Source: an uncultured Planctomycetia bacterium
GTDB lineage: Bacteria > Planctomycetota > CAYHQZ01
Length of the DNA stretch: 40,081 nucleotides
Assembly (NCBI GenBank): GCA_964358555.1
Contig: CAYHQZ010000003.1
Span: forward strand, 1 to 40,081
Direction of reading: 5' to 3'
Both the position numbers and the translations under genes were made by a program. Below are positions 19,752 through 29,884 of the stretch, in pieces (the first letter of the stretch is position 1; each line of letters opens with the position of its first letter). The notes below the pieces were generated by a model. That model did not search any database and had not been told where the DNA came from. It saw nothing but the letters and a program-made list of their open reading frames with translations.

Positions 19752-19842
19752 GGTCGCGTGCCTCCGCGGCCGGCATCTTTCGTCGACCCCCGGCGGATTC
19801 TGATTCTCGCCGAAGGCCGCGAGCCTCGCCGCGAACGTGCGC

Positions 19843-19870
19843 AGAATAGCCCTCGCGGGATCGGCGTCAA
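19843..19870 (-). promoter_or_regulatory. Sigma70-type promoter candidate for the RRM-protein/icd unit
   Basis: On the minus strand: TTGACG (19870-19865), a 16-nt spacer, then TATTCT (19848-19843). This would give a 5' UTR of about 85-90 nt. Confidence 0.4.
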
Positions 19871-19963
19871 GGAGCGGACAAGGGCGCCTTGCACCCCTGC
19901 GTCCGATGCCCTAGGCTTCGCGTCCCGGCGAAGGGATGCCGGGACGAGCGCCACGGAGGACAA

Positions 19964-20755
19964 ATGAAGCTTTCCCTCATGACCTGGGACATCGCGAAGG
20001 AGTCCACCCTCGACGAGATCCTCGCCGCCTCGAAGTCGGCCGGGATCGAGGGATTCGAGTTTCGGGGCGGGGCGAGCCAGAAGCACGGCGTCGAGCTCAC
20101 GCGCACACCGGCCGAGCGCGCGGAGATCAGGAAGAAGGTCGCCGACGCGGGCTTCCAGGTCGCCGGCATCGCGACGGGCTGCGAGTTCCACTTCGCCGAC
20201 CCCGCGAAGCGCCGCGAGCAGCTGGACCTCGCGAAGCGCTACGCGGACCTGGCCGCCGACATCGGAGCTATGCAGATCCGGGTCTTTTCCAACGACCTGC
20301 CCGAGGGCCACTCCCGCGACGCGATCGTCGGCTGGACCGCCGACTGCCTGCGCGAGCTCGCCGAGCACGGCTCGAAGCGCGGCGTCCGCGCGAACCTGGA
20401 GCTGCACGGCAAGTTCATGGAGCCGGAGCTGTGCGTTGGGGCCGTGACGAAGTGCAACCACCCCAACGCCGGCATCGTCTACAACTCGGTCAACCGCGAC
20501 ATCGAGAACGGCTCCATCCGGAAGGTCCTCGAGCAGGTCTGGCCTCTCGTGCGCCACGTCCACGTCCACGAGTTCGGCAGCGACGCGAAGTTTCCCTACA
20601 TGGAGCTCGTCGAGTGGATGCTCCGCAAGAACTACGACGGGTGGTGCTCCATCGAGGTCGCCCGGCTGAATCTCAAGTCGTTTTTGTCCATCTATCGGTG
20701 CGGATTCGACGCCTACGTCCAGATCGCCAAGTCCCGGATTTCCGGGAAGCCATAA
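19964..20755 (+). CDS. Sugar phosphate isomerase/epimerase (xylose isomerase-like TIM barrel family)
   Basis: ATG 19964 has GGAGGA upstream. The pattern GIEGFEF ... IRVF ... NLELH ... HVHVHE resembles the metal-binding strands of this family. The specific substrate is unknown. Confidence 0.65.
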   Translation: MKLSLMTWDIAKESTLDEILAASKSAGIEGFEFRGGASQKHGVELTRTPAERAEIRKKVADAGFQVAGIATGCEFHFADPAKRREQLDLAKRYADLAADIGAMQIRVFSNDLPEGHSRDAIVGWTADCLRELAEHGSKRGVRANLELHGKFMEPELCVGAVTKCNHPNAGIVYNSVNRDIENGSIRKVLEQVWPLVRHVHVHEFGSDAKFPYMELVEWMLRKNYDGWCSIEVARLNLKSFLSIYRCGFDAYVQIAKSRISGKP

Positions 20756-20765
20756 GGAGAAATCC

Positions 20766-21680
20766 ATGAAGGTCGCGCTGCATACGATTTCCTACGGCGG
20801 GTTCTGGGGCCAGAAAGTCCTCTCGGTCGAGGAGATCATCGGCAAGGCCAAGGCCTTCGGCTACGACGGCATCGAGATCGTGGCGAAAAGGCCGCACGCG
20901 TCTCCGTTGGAGTGGACGCGCGAGAAGTGCCTCCCGGTGCGCGATCTTCTGGCGAAGAGCGGGATGACCTGCTTCGCCGTCGCCGGCTACACCGACTTCA
21001 CGAATCCCGGCACCGAGTTCCGCGACAAGGAGCTCCTGTATCTCCGCGAGGCCATCCGGATGACGAAGGACCTCGGGTGCAAGATCCTCCGCGTCTTCGC
21101 CGGCGGGATGGGGGCGTTGCGGGAGGGCGTCAACAACCGTGTCGCCCGCGAGAAGGCCATCGAGCAATTGAAGGCCGCCGTGCCCTGGGCCGCCGACGCC
21201 GGGATCACGCTGGCGCTGCAGAACCACCCGCCCGTCACGAACTGCCCCGAGGATGTCCTCGAGATCATCGAGGGCGTGGGTTCGCCAGTCCTCCAGGCCG
21301 TCATCGATGCGCCCCTCTTCGCCGACGTCTCCGAGGACACGGTCGTCGCCGGCGTCAAGCTCCTGGGCAAGCGGATCGTCCACGTCCACACGAGCGACTA
21401 CGTCCTGCGCCCCTCGAACCCCTACCCGGTCCCGGGCGGCTCCATCCGCGGCTTTGCGACCCGCTACGTCCCCCTGGGCGAGGGCTGCCTGCCGTTCGCG
21501 GCCTACGTGAAGGCCCTGCACGACGTCGGCTTCCAAGGCGCGCTGGCCTACGAGATGTGCTCGTTTTTGCCCGGCGGCGGCTCGGAAGCCAACCTCGACA
21601 AGATCGCCAAGGCCGCCCTCGCGACCACCCGTAAGTGGATCGCCGACGCCGCAAAGGGCGGGAAGAAGGCGAAGAAGTAG
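20766..21680 (+). CDS. Sugar phosphate isomerase/epimerase (xylose isomerase-like TIM barrel family), second paralogue
   Basis: Motifs seen: GYDGIEI ... ILRVFAG ... LALQNH ... HVHTSD ... YEMC, typical of this fold. AAGGAGA lies upstream of the ATG. Confidence 0.7.
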   Translation: MKVALHTISYGGFWGQKVLSVEEIIGKAKAFGYDGIEIVAKRPHASPLEWTREKCLPVRDLLAKSGMTCFAVAGYTDFTNPGTEFRDKELLYLREAIRMTKDLGCKILRVFAGGMGALREGVNNRVAREKAIEQLKAAVPWAADAGITLALQNHPPVTNCPEDVLEIIEGVGSPVLQAVIDAPLFADVSEDTVVAGVKLLGKRIVHVHTSDYVLRPSNPYPVPGGSIRGFATRYVPLGEGCLPFAAYVKALHDVGFQGALAYEMCSFLPGGGSEANLDKIAKAALATTRKWIADAAKGGKKAKK

Positions 21681-21692
21681 GAATCGTCGCCT

Positions 21693-23106
<1,414 letters not shown>

Positions 23107-23111
23107 TGCCC

Positions 23112-23423
23112 ATGATTCTCGTGTTGACGACCTGCCCGTCCCGCTCGGCCCCGCGGATCATCCGAACGCTGCTTTCAAACCGCCTCGCCGCCTGCGTCAG
23201 CCGCATCGACGGCCTCGCGAGCGAGTACCGGTGGGAGGGGAAGGTGGAGAAGGCGGCCGAAACGTTGCTGCTCATCAAGGCCCCGAGCCGCCGATGGAAG
23301 GCGCTCCAGGAGCGCCTGCGCGCGATCCACCCCTACAAGGTCCCCGAGATCGTGGCGTTCCGCTCCTGGGCCGCCGAGCGTGCCTACACCCGCTGGCTGC
23401 GGAAGGAGACCCTGGGGGATTAG
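23112..23423 (+). CDS. cutA: Divalent-cation tolerance protein CutA
   Basis: The 103-aa protein has CutA1-like motifs: LAACV ... YRWEGKVE ... LLIK ... HPY(K)VPEI. Confidence 0.8.
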   Translation: MILVLTTCPSRSAPRIIRTLLSNRLAACVSRIDGLASEYRWEGKVEKAAETLLLIKAPSRRWKALQERLRAIHPYKVPEIVAFRSWAAERAYTRWLRKETLGD

Positions 23424-23448
23424 CCGGGAACGGCTACAATCCCCCCCG

Positions 23449-24408
23449 ATGCGAGGCTTCCGGGCGGCCTGGTTTTTCGGGGCCGTCCTGTCCTCCGCCG
23501 CCTCCTGCGTCGCGGTGGACGTTCCCCCTCCCGAGCCGTCGCCGGCCCCGTCCGTCGACGCCGGCGCCCTTGCGGCGGAGCTATTTTCCGACGACGCGCT
23601 GGCGCGCGAGAAGGCGTTCGATCGGCTCGTGGCGGCGGGGCCCGAGGTTCGTCCCGCGCTCGAGAAGGCCGCTGGCGCGGACCCCGAGCGCCGGGAGACA
23701 TGTGCGCACGTCCTGAAGGAGATCGAGTGGGCCGCGCTGCCCCTGCTGGGGAAGCCCGAGGACCTCGCGGGCATTCCGGACCGCGAGGCCCAGGCGATCG
23801 GCGCCCTCGAGGCCGTGGCTTCCGCGCCCGAGGAGAAGCCCATCGCGCCCTTCCTGATCCGGACGCCGTCCGGCTCCATCCCGCTTTCTCCAGGCGAGCT
23901 CGCCATGCCCGCCGCCGCCGGGCGCGCGATCCGCGTCCGCGGGAAGATCCGCGCGATCGAGCGTGCCGCCCTCGGGGGGCGGCCGGAGACCGTCCGGGTC
24001 CTGGAGGCCGCCTCCGCCGAGTCCCTCTCGATCCCCGAAGCCCTGTCCGCCGCCCGCCGGATCCGGGGCTTCCGCCTGCAGCGTGATCCGCAGCTCCGCG
24101 ACGAGCGCGAGCGGCTCCTCGCCGCCTTGCGCCGGTTCGACGTTTCCTCCTTCACGCCCGAGGGGACGGCCCGCCATCGGGCGTTGCTGCGTCGGATCCT
24201 TGAGATCGACGATGGCGCGTCCGTCCCGACGCTCGCCGCCATCGCGAGCAACCCGAAGGCTCTTGACGCCTACACCTATGACGCGGTCGGGGCGCTCGCC
24301 GGCTTCGGCGGCCTCGAGGCCCGCGCCTGCATCCGGGAAATCGCGCGCACGTCCGCCCGGGAGGGGCTCCGGAAGCGCGCGGAGCGGGCCCTCGTGACGG
24401 GAAGGTAG
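23449..24408 (+). CDS. Hypothetical exported protein or lipoprotein with helical (HEAT-like) segments
   Basis: ATG 23449 gives MRGFRAAWFFGAVLSSAASC, a signal peptide with a lipobox-like AASC. The segment LFSDDALAREKAFDRLVAAGPEVRPALEKA resembles the helical modules of the WD40 protein at 880-3861. Confidence 0.5.
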   Translation: MRGFRAAWFFGAVLSSAASCVAVDVPPPEPSPAPSVDAGALAAELFSDDALAREKAFDRLVAAGPEVRPALEKAAGADPERRETCAHVLKEIEWAALPLLGKPEDLAGIPDREAQAIGALEAVASAPEEKPIAPFLIRTPSGSIPLSPGELAMPAAAGRAIRVRGKIRAIERAALGGRPETVRVLEAASAESLSIPEALSAARRIRGFRLQRDPQLRDERERLLAALRRFDVSSFTPEGTARHRALLRRILEIDDGASVPTLAAIASNPKALDAYTYDAVGALAGFGGLEARACIREIARTSAREGLRKRAERALVTGR

Positions 24409-24454
24409 GGATGGCCCCGATCCGACGTCCTGCGCCGGGGCGTGGAGCGGGCTC

Positions 24455-26638
24455 GTGAGCGGTTCGCTGACCCTCTGCCTCGTCTGGCACCAGCACCAGC
24501 CCTGGTACATCGATCCCGAAACCGAGGAAATCACCCTTCCCTGGGTTCGCCTGCACGGCGTGAAGGACTACCTCCCGATGGCGCTGCTGCTCGAGGAGGA
24601 GCCCCGCGTCCGCGCGACGATCAATCTCGTGCCCTCGCTGCTGGATCAGATCGAGGCCTACGCGCACGGCCGGACGGATCCGATCCTCTCCCTCTCCCGC
24701 AAACGCCCCTCCGATCTGTCGGAGGCGGACCGGATCGCGATCGTGGATCGCTTTTTCATGGCGAACGCCGCGCATCAGATCCTTCCCTACGAGCGCTATC
24801 GGGAACTGCACGCGAAGCGATCCCATCCCCCCGCGGGGACGCAGGCGCATCGTGCGTTCACGGACGCGGACATCCTCGATCTGCAGGTCTGGTACAACCT
24901 CTGCTGGGTCCATCCCATCCTGTTTGAGCGCGAGCCGGAGGCGCGGCGCCTCCTCCAGAAGGGGCGCGGCTTCAGCGAATCCGACAAGAACGTGCTGCTC
25001 GATCTCCACCTTGCCTGGCTCAAGGAAATCATCCCGGCGCACCGGCGCCTCGCCGAGCGCGGCCAGGTGGAACTGACGACCTCGCCGTACTACCACCCGA
25101 TACTGCCGCTCTTGTTCAACATGGAGCGCGCGCGCGAGGCGTTGCCGGGGCTGCCCATGCCCGAGGGCTGGCGGCCGCGCGCCCAGGACGCCGACGAGCA
25201 GATTCGCCGCGCCTTCGAGCGCCACGAGCGCACGTTCGGAACCCCGCCGAAGGGCGTCTGGCCCTCGGAAGGCTCCGTCTCCCCGGAGACCGCCGAGGCC
25301 CTCGCCCGCGCGGGGGTGCGCTGGATCGCGACCGACGAGGAGATCCTCGGCCGTTCCCTCGGGACGGCCTTCCCCCGGGACGGATACGGCCACGTCGTGG
25401 AAGGATCGGCCCTCTACCGCCCCTGGTCGTTCGAGACGGGCGCAGGTCCGCTCTCGATGCTCTTCCGCGACCGTTCGCTTTCGGACCGGATCGGCTTCCA
25501 GTACCGAACCTGGAACGCGGACGACGCGGCGGGGGATTTCGTCCATAGGCTTCGCGTGATCGCGGAACGCAACGGCGCAGACGACGCGGTCTGCCCCGTC
25601 GTCCTCGACGGCGAGAACGCCTGGGAGTGGTTCCCCGGCTCGGGAATCCACTTCCTCCGGGCCCTCTATCGCGCCCTCTCCGCCGACCCGATCGTGCGCA
25701 CGAGCACGGTGTCGGGATTCCTGTCGGCGCGTCCGCCGACGCGCGTTCTGCCGAGACTCTTCTCCGGCTCCTGGATCTACGCCAACTTCGCCATCTGGGT
25801 TGGCCATCCCGAGGATCGGGAGGGCTGGTCCCGCCTCTACCGGACCGCCGCCTACTTCGATCGCAAGATGGCCGAACTCGGGCCGGCCGGCACGGACGTC
25901 GTCCGGAAGGCCTGGGAATCCCTGTTGCGCGCCGAAGGCAGCGACTGGTTCTGGTGGTTCGGGGACGATCATTCCTCCCTGGATGACGACCGCTTCGACG
26001 AACTCTTCCGGAAACACCTCGCCGGGGTGTACCGCGCGTTCGGCGATCCGCCGCCCGCTTTCCTCCTCGAGCCCGTCCGGCGGCCGAGGATCCCGACGGC
26101 GTCGAAGCCCCGCGAGCCTAGCGGCTTCCTGAACATCACCCTCGACGGGGCGCTCACCCACTATTTCGAGTGGCGCGCGGGCGCCCGATTCCACTGGCGC
26201 GAGGATATCGGCGCCATTGAGCGCCAGACGGAGCCTGCGATCCTCTCGACCCATTGGGGCTTCGACGCCGAGACTCTCTACCTCCGCGCGGATTTTTCCT
26301 CGTCCGCCCCCGCCGCCTTTGCGCAGGAATTCGCAGGCGTCGTCCGGCTCCTGCATCCCGCCGAGATCGAGATCGCCTTTCCGGGCGAGGGGGCCCGGGG
26401 CGACATCGAGTTGCGCCGGCCCGGGCAGGCGGCGGTTCGCTGCGGGGGCTGGGCGCGGGGCGCGATGCTGGAGGCCGCCGTCCCCTTCGCCGCCCTTGGC
26501 GTAAAACCCGGGGACGAGATTCTCTTCCACTTTGAATGGCCCGTCTCCGGTGGTGGCACCGAGCGGTTGCCCATGCACTCCGCCCTTTCGGTCAAGGTCC
26601 CGGACCCCGACTTCGAGCGGATCCACTGGGTAGTGTAG
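24455..26638 (+). CDS. Glycoside hydrolase family 57 protein (alpha-glucan-active enzyme, amylase / glucanotransferase-like, with a long C-terminal extension)
   Basis: The N-terminus LCLVWHQHQPWY ... LPWVRLHGVKDY and later DGENAWEW fit GH57 as I know it. Exact specificity cannot be told from the sequence. Confidence 0.75.
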   Translation: MSGSLTLCLVWHQHQPWYIDPETEEITLPWVRLHGVKDYLPMALLLEEEPRVRATINLVPSLLDQIEAYAHGRTDPILSLSRKRPSDLSEADRIAIVDRFFMANAAHQILPYERYRELHAKRSHPPAGTQAHRAFTDADILDLQVWYNLCWVHPILFEREPEARRLLQKGRGFSESDKNVLLDLHLAWLKEIIPAHRRLAERGQVELTTSPYYHPILPLLFNMERAREALPGLPMPEGWRPRAQDADEQIRRAFERHERTFGTPPKGVWPSEGSVSPETAEALARAGVRWIATDEEILGRSLGTAFPRDGYGHVVEGSALYRPWSFETGAGPLSMLFRDRSLSDRIGFQYRTWNADDAAGDFVHRLRVIAERNGADDAVCPVVLDGENAWEWFPGSGIHFLRALYRALSADPIVRTSTVSGFLSARPPTRVLPRLFSGSWIYANFAIWVGHPEDREGWSRLYRTAAYFDRKMAELGPAGTDVVRKAWESLLRAEGSDWFWWFGDDHSSLDDDRFDELFRKHLAGVYRAFGDPPPAFLLEPVRRPRIPTASKPREPSGFLNITLDGALTHYFEWRAGARFHWREDIGAIERQTEPAILSTHWGFDAETLYLRADFSSSAPAAFAQEFAGVVRLLHPAEIEIAFPGEGARGDIELRRPGQAAVRCGGWARGAMLEAAVPFAALGVKPGDEILFHFEWPVSGGGTERLPMHSALSVKVPDPDFERIHWVV

Positions 26639-26655
26639 AAGGGGCGGGGCTGATT

Positions 26656-26684
26656 TTGACCTTGCCCCCGGGGCGGCGTAGACT
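26656..26684 (+). promoter_or_regulatory. Sigma70-type promoter candidate for the three-gene signalling operon
   Basis: TTGACC (26656-26661), a 17-nt spacer, then TAGACT (26679-26684). GGAGG lies 5 nt upstream of the TTG start at 26724. Confidence 0.45.
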
Positions 26685-26723
26685 TTCCGCCGACGGTTTT
26701 TCATAGGTTCCCCGGAGGTTTCC

Positions 26724-28400
26724 TTGCCCTCGACGGAAGTTCAGGAAAAGGTCTGGAAGGCGCGAGACGCGGTTCTTGCCCTCGTCAAGGTCATGAAGAC
26801 CGCCGCCATCTTCCCGCGGGAACACCCCCAGTATAAGAAGGCGCTGGAGGACTTCACCGGCGCCCTCAATGCCTACACGGATCGCTATGGGGCGCTGAAG
26901 TTCCAGACGAGCCCCGAGGCCTTCTTCCTGGAGGGCACGGAGGTCTATGCCTGGGAGCAGGGCCTTCCCTTCCGGCTCTACATGGACGGGATCCGCGAGA
27001 TCTCCTTCCATCCCCAGCTCGAGGCGGCGGAGATCGACCGGTTCCTGAAGATCGTCGAGCGCGATCCCGGGGCTTCCGGCGAGGAGGAGGACATCGTCTC
27101 CCTCTTCTGGAAGGAAGGATTCAAGGGGATCACCTACTTCGCGGTGGACGAGCTCTACGCGGACTATCTCGGCTACTCCGACGAAGAGGAAGCGGACGTC
27201 GATCCGAAGACGAAGGAGCGGCGCGAGCAGATCCGGGACATCCTCTCCGGCCTCTCCGCGCCGGGCCCGTCCGGATCCCGGATGCGCTTCGAGATCCCCG
27301 ACCTGCCCGAGGACTTCGCCTCGACCGCCGAGGCGGCCGCCCGGGGCGAGGCGGGGATCGAGGCGGATCGGGCGAAACCCGCCGAGCCCGAGGTCGCGGT
27401 CTTCGACGTCACGAACGAGGAAAAGGAAACCCTCCGCCGCGAGGTCGCCGGCTTCGGCGTTGCGGATCTTGTCCCCCGCGCGATTGACATCGCCTACGCG
27501 GTCCTGGATGCCAGCCCTGACGAGGAGTCCAAGTCCGACGTCCAGGGCTTCCTCGCGACGCTCTACGAGGCGGCCGTCGAGCAGGGCGACTTCCCGACGA
27601 TGATCCAGTTCCTCGATCGGATGAAGGAAATCAACGCGGCCAATCCCGGGGGGATGGCCCAGGGGCTGACGGACGCCTTTATCGCGTATTTGTCCACCGA
27701 CGATCAGGTCCGCCGCGTCCTTGGGATCGTCGAGAAGAAATACATCGGCGGGTCCGAGGGGATATACAAGTATTTCTTCCATCTCGATCCGTGCGCGCTC
27801 AAGCCCCTTGCCCATGCCTATCCGAGCCTGGTGGAGAAGAACGCCCGGCGGGCCGTCCGGGACCTTTTGCTCGCCCGTGCCAAGGAGAACCTCGACGCGA
27901 TCTCGAACCTCGTGGTCTCGACGAACCCGGCGACCGTGCGTGACGGGCTCTACATCCTCGGCCAGATCGAGGACGAATCGGCCCTGGGGCCGCTCTCGAA
28001 GGCGCTCCGCGTTTCGGACGAGAGCGTCCGGGAATACGCGATCTGGCTGGTCTCGAAGATCCCCGGCGATGGCCGCCAGGAACTTCTGCTCAAGGCCCTC
28101 CACGACCCGAGCGAGAAGATGCGCCTGACGACGTTGCGCTACATGAAGGAGACGGGCGACCCGGGGTTCGTGGGGCCGCTGCTGCGCGTCATGCGTGAGC
28201 GGGGGTTTCGGGCGCTTTCGCTGGAGGAGATCTCCGCCTGGGCGGACGTCGTGGCCGCGCTCGGCGGCCCGAGCGTTGCCCCGGAGATGGAGGCCATCGC
28301 GGGGAAGGGGAGGTTCTTCGAGAAGCGCCACACCCGGGTCTTCCGCCGCATCCTGAAGGACGCCGCCCGGTCGATCCGTCCGGCGGGAGAGAATCCATGA
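26724..28400 (+). CDS. Signalling-associated protein: an N-terminal domain paralogous to that of the downstream HD-GYP protein, an acidic linker, and a C-terminal HEAT-like repeat region
   Basis: TTG start with a good Shine-Dalgarno sequence. The N-terminal ~140 aa share motifs with the N-terminus of the gene at 28397. The C-terminal part has repeats of the type LKALHDPSEKMRLTTLRYMKETGDPGFVGPLL. The stop overlaps the next ATG (ATGA). Confidence 0.65.
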   Translation: MPSTEVQEKVWKARDAVLALVKVMKTAAIFPREHPQYKKALEDFTGALNAYTDRYGALKFQTSPEAFFLEGTEVYAWEQGLPFRLYMDGIREISFHPQLEAAEIDRFLKIVERDPGASGEEEDIVSLFWKEGFKGITYFAVDELYADYLGYSDEEEADVDPKTKERREQIRDILSGLSAPGPSGSRMRFEIPDLPEDFASTAEAAARGEAGIEADRAKPAEPEVAVFDVTNEEKETLRREVAGFGVADLVPRAIDIAYAVLDASPDEESKSDVQGFLATLYEAAVEQGDFPTMIQFLDRMKEINAANPGGMAQGLTDAFIAYLSTDDQVRRVLGIVEKKYIGGSEGIYKYFFHLDPCALKPLAHAYPSLVEKNARRAVRDLLLARAKENLDAISNLVVSTNPATVRDGLYILGQIEDESALGPLSKALRVSDESVREYAIWLVSKIPGDGRQELLLKALHDPSEKMRLTTLRYMKETGDPGFVGPLLRVMRERGFRALSLEEISAWADVVAALGGPSVAPEMEAIAGKGRFFEKRHTRVFRRILKDAARSIRPAGENP

Positions 28401-29866
28401 GCGACGGCGAAGGTGTCACGCTGCCGGCGACCTCGGAAATCGAGGCCGAATCGGAGCGCGCCTTCCTCCGGAAGGCCCGGACGCTCGCGACCTCGGTCTA
28501 CCAGCTCGTGAAGGTCTCCCAGATGCACGAGATGGACAACGAGGTGGTCCAGGAGCCCCTCCAGAACGTGCGCAAGGCCGTGGAGGATGTCCTCCTTGAT
28601 TCGGCGAGCGTGGCCCTGCAGACCTACGAGGACACCTGGTTCGCGAACCACAAGCTGCTGAAATTCACTCCCAAGACCTTCCTGATTATGCGCGGATTCT
28701 CCGAATGGCTGAAGAAACGCGGCATCGGGAAGATCGCGTTCTCGTCCGCCCCCGAGATCGACGCCCTGAAGACGGTCATGAAGGCCCTCGCGGGCGCGGA
28801 TCGGGGCGACCCCGAGGTCATCGCCCGCTCCATCCGCTCGAGCCTGCCCGAGAACATCCGGGAATCGATTCGCCTGTTTACGGTCAAGGAGATCGAAAGC
28901 GAGGGCGCCCGGGTCACGATCCAGACCGACGAGCGATCGTTTGCGCTCCTCCTCTACGCGAAGCTCCTGATCCTCGTTCGCGAGCACCTCCGGGCCGCGG
29001 AGCGCCTGGAGGCTGCGCCGACCTTGCTCGTGAAAATCCATCGCAGCGGCCAGGAAATCGTCCAGGCCGCCGAGCGCGACCCCGACCGGCTGCTCGCCCT
29101 TCTCTCCGCCAGGGGCGCCTCCGAGGCGGACTATCTCGCCCACCACGCCCTCCACGTATCGATCCTCTCGGTCCTCCTGGGGCTTCGCGTCGGTGTCGAT
29201 CGCTCGCGCCTCGCCGAGCTCGCCGCCGCGGCGCTGCTCGCCTTCACGGGGCGGGCGATGATCCCGCGCGAGGGCCTCGCGAAGGCCGGGCCCCTCACCC
29301 CGGAGACGCGCGCGGAACTCGAGCGGCATCCGATCCTGGCGGCGCGCCTCTTCCTCAAGACCCGTCGCGTGACGGAATCGCTGCTCTACCGGCTCGTCGT
29401 CGCCTTCGAGCATCCGATGCAGTCCTCCGGCTACCCCCGCGTCCGGACCGCCCGCGCCCCGCACCTGTTCGCCCGGATCGTGGGCCTCGCGGATACCTAC
29501 GACGCCCTCGTGGCGCCGCGGCCCTGGCGGCCCGCCTACCGTCCCGACGAAGCCCTCCGGGTTCTCCTCGACGCGTCCGGCTCTCGTTACGACGGCCTGC
29601 TCCTGCGGACGCTGGCGAACCTGCTCGGCAGCTTCCCGCTCGGGACGCTGGTCCTGCTCTCGACGGGGGAGCGTGCGGTGGTCCTTCACAACCACGCCGA
29701 GCAGGAGAAGCGCAACCGCCCGGTCGTGAAGCGCGTCCTGGACGCCCGCGGCCGCCGGATCGAGGGGGATCTGCTGGACCTTTCCGAAAAGCCGGACGTC
29801 CGGATTCTCCGGAGCGAGGACCCGGGCCGCTACAACCTCAACGTTATGGCGTTGTTCCAGGCATAG
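28397..29866 (+). CDS. HD-GYP-family domain protein with a degenerate catalytic core (HD dyad absent, GYP retained)
   Basis: C-terminal half: HHALHVS ... LLAFTGR (where LHDIGK is expected) ... ERHPILAARL ... AFEHPMQSSGYPR (where HHExxDGSGYP is expected) ... LADTYDALVAPRPWRPAY. The domain order and spacing match HD-GYP. Confidence 0.75.
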   Translation: MSDGEGVTLPATSEIEAESERAFLRKARTLATSVYQLVKVSQMHEMDNEVVQEPLQNVRKAVEDVLLDSASVALQTYEDTWFANHKLLKFTPKTFLIMRGFSEWLKKRGIGKIAFSSAPEIDALKTVMKALAGADRGDPEVIARSIRSSLPENIRESIRLFTVKEIESEGARVTIQTDERSFALLLYAKLLILVREHLRAAERLEAAPTLLVKIHRSGQEIVQAAERDPDRLLALLSARGASEADYLAHHALHVSILSVLLGLRVGVDRSRLAELAAAALLAFTGRAMIPREGLAKAGPLTPETRAELERHPILAARLFLKTRRVTESLLYRLVVAFEHPMQSSGYPRVRTARAPHLFARIVGLADTYDALVAPRPWRPAYRPDEALRVLLDASGSRYDGLLLRTLANLLGSFPLGTLVLLSTGERAVVLHNHAEQEKRNRPVVKRVLDARGRRIEGDLLDLSEKPDVRILRSEDPGRYNLNVMALFQA

Positions 29867-29884
29867 CCGTATCATTTTCCTGTC

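Noticed and set aside
26668-26700. A hairpin CGGCG-tagactttc-CGCCG followed by acggttttt after the GH57 gene, which could be an intrinsic terminator.
   Set aside because: The stem is only 5 bp, the T-run is separated from it by 4 nt, and the same bases form the -10 region of a well-spaced TTGACC-17-TAGACT promoter. I cannot support a terminator call, though the element may do both jobs.
24152-28331. Minus-strand ORFs of 850 aa (24152-26704) and 579 aa (26592-28331), opposite the GH57 gene and the HEAT-like gene.
   Set aside because: Both are codon-aligned with the plus-strand genes (frame 2 with 24455, frame 0 with 26724). Both have low-complexity products, and the sense strands carry recognisable motifs.
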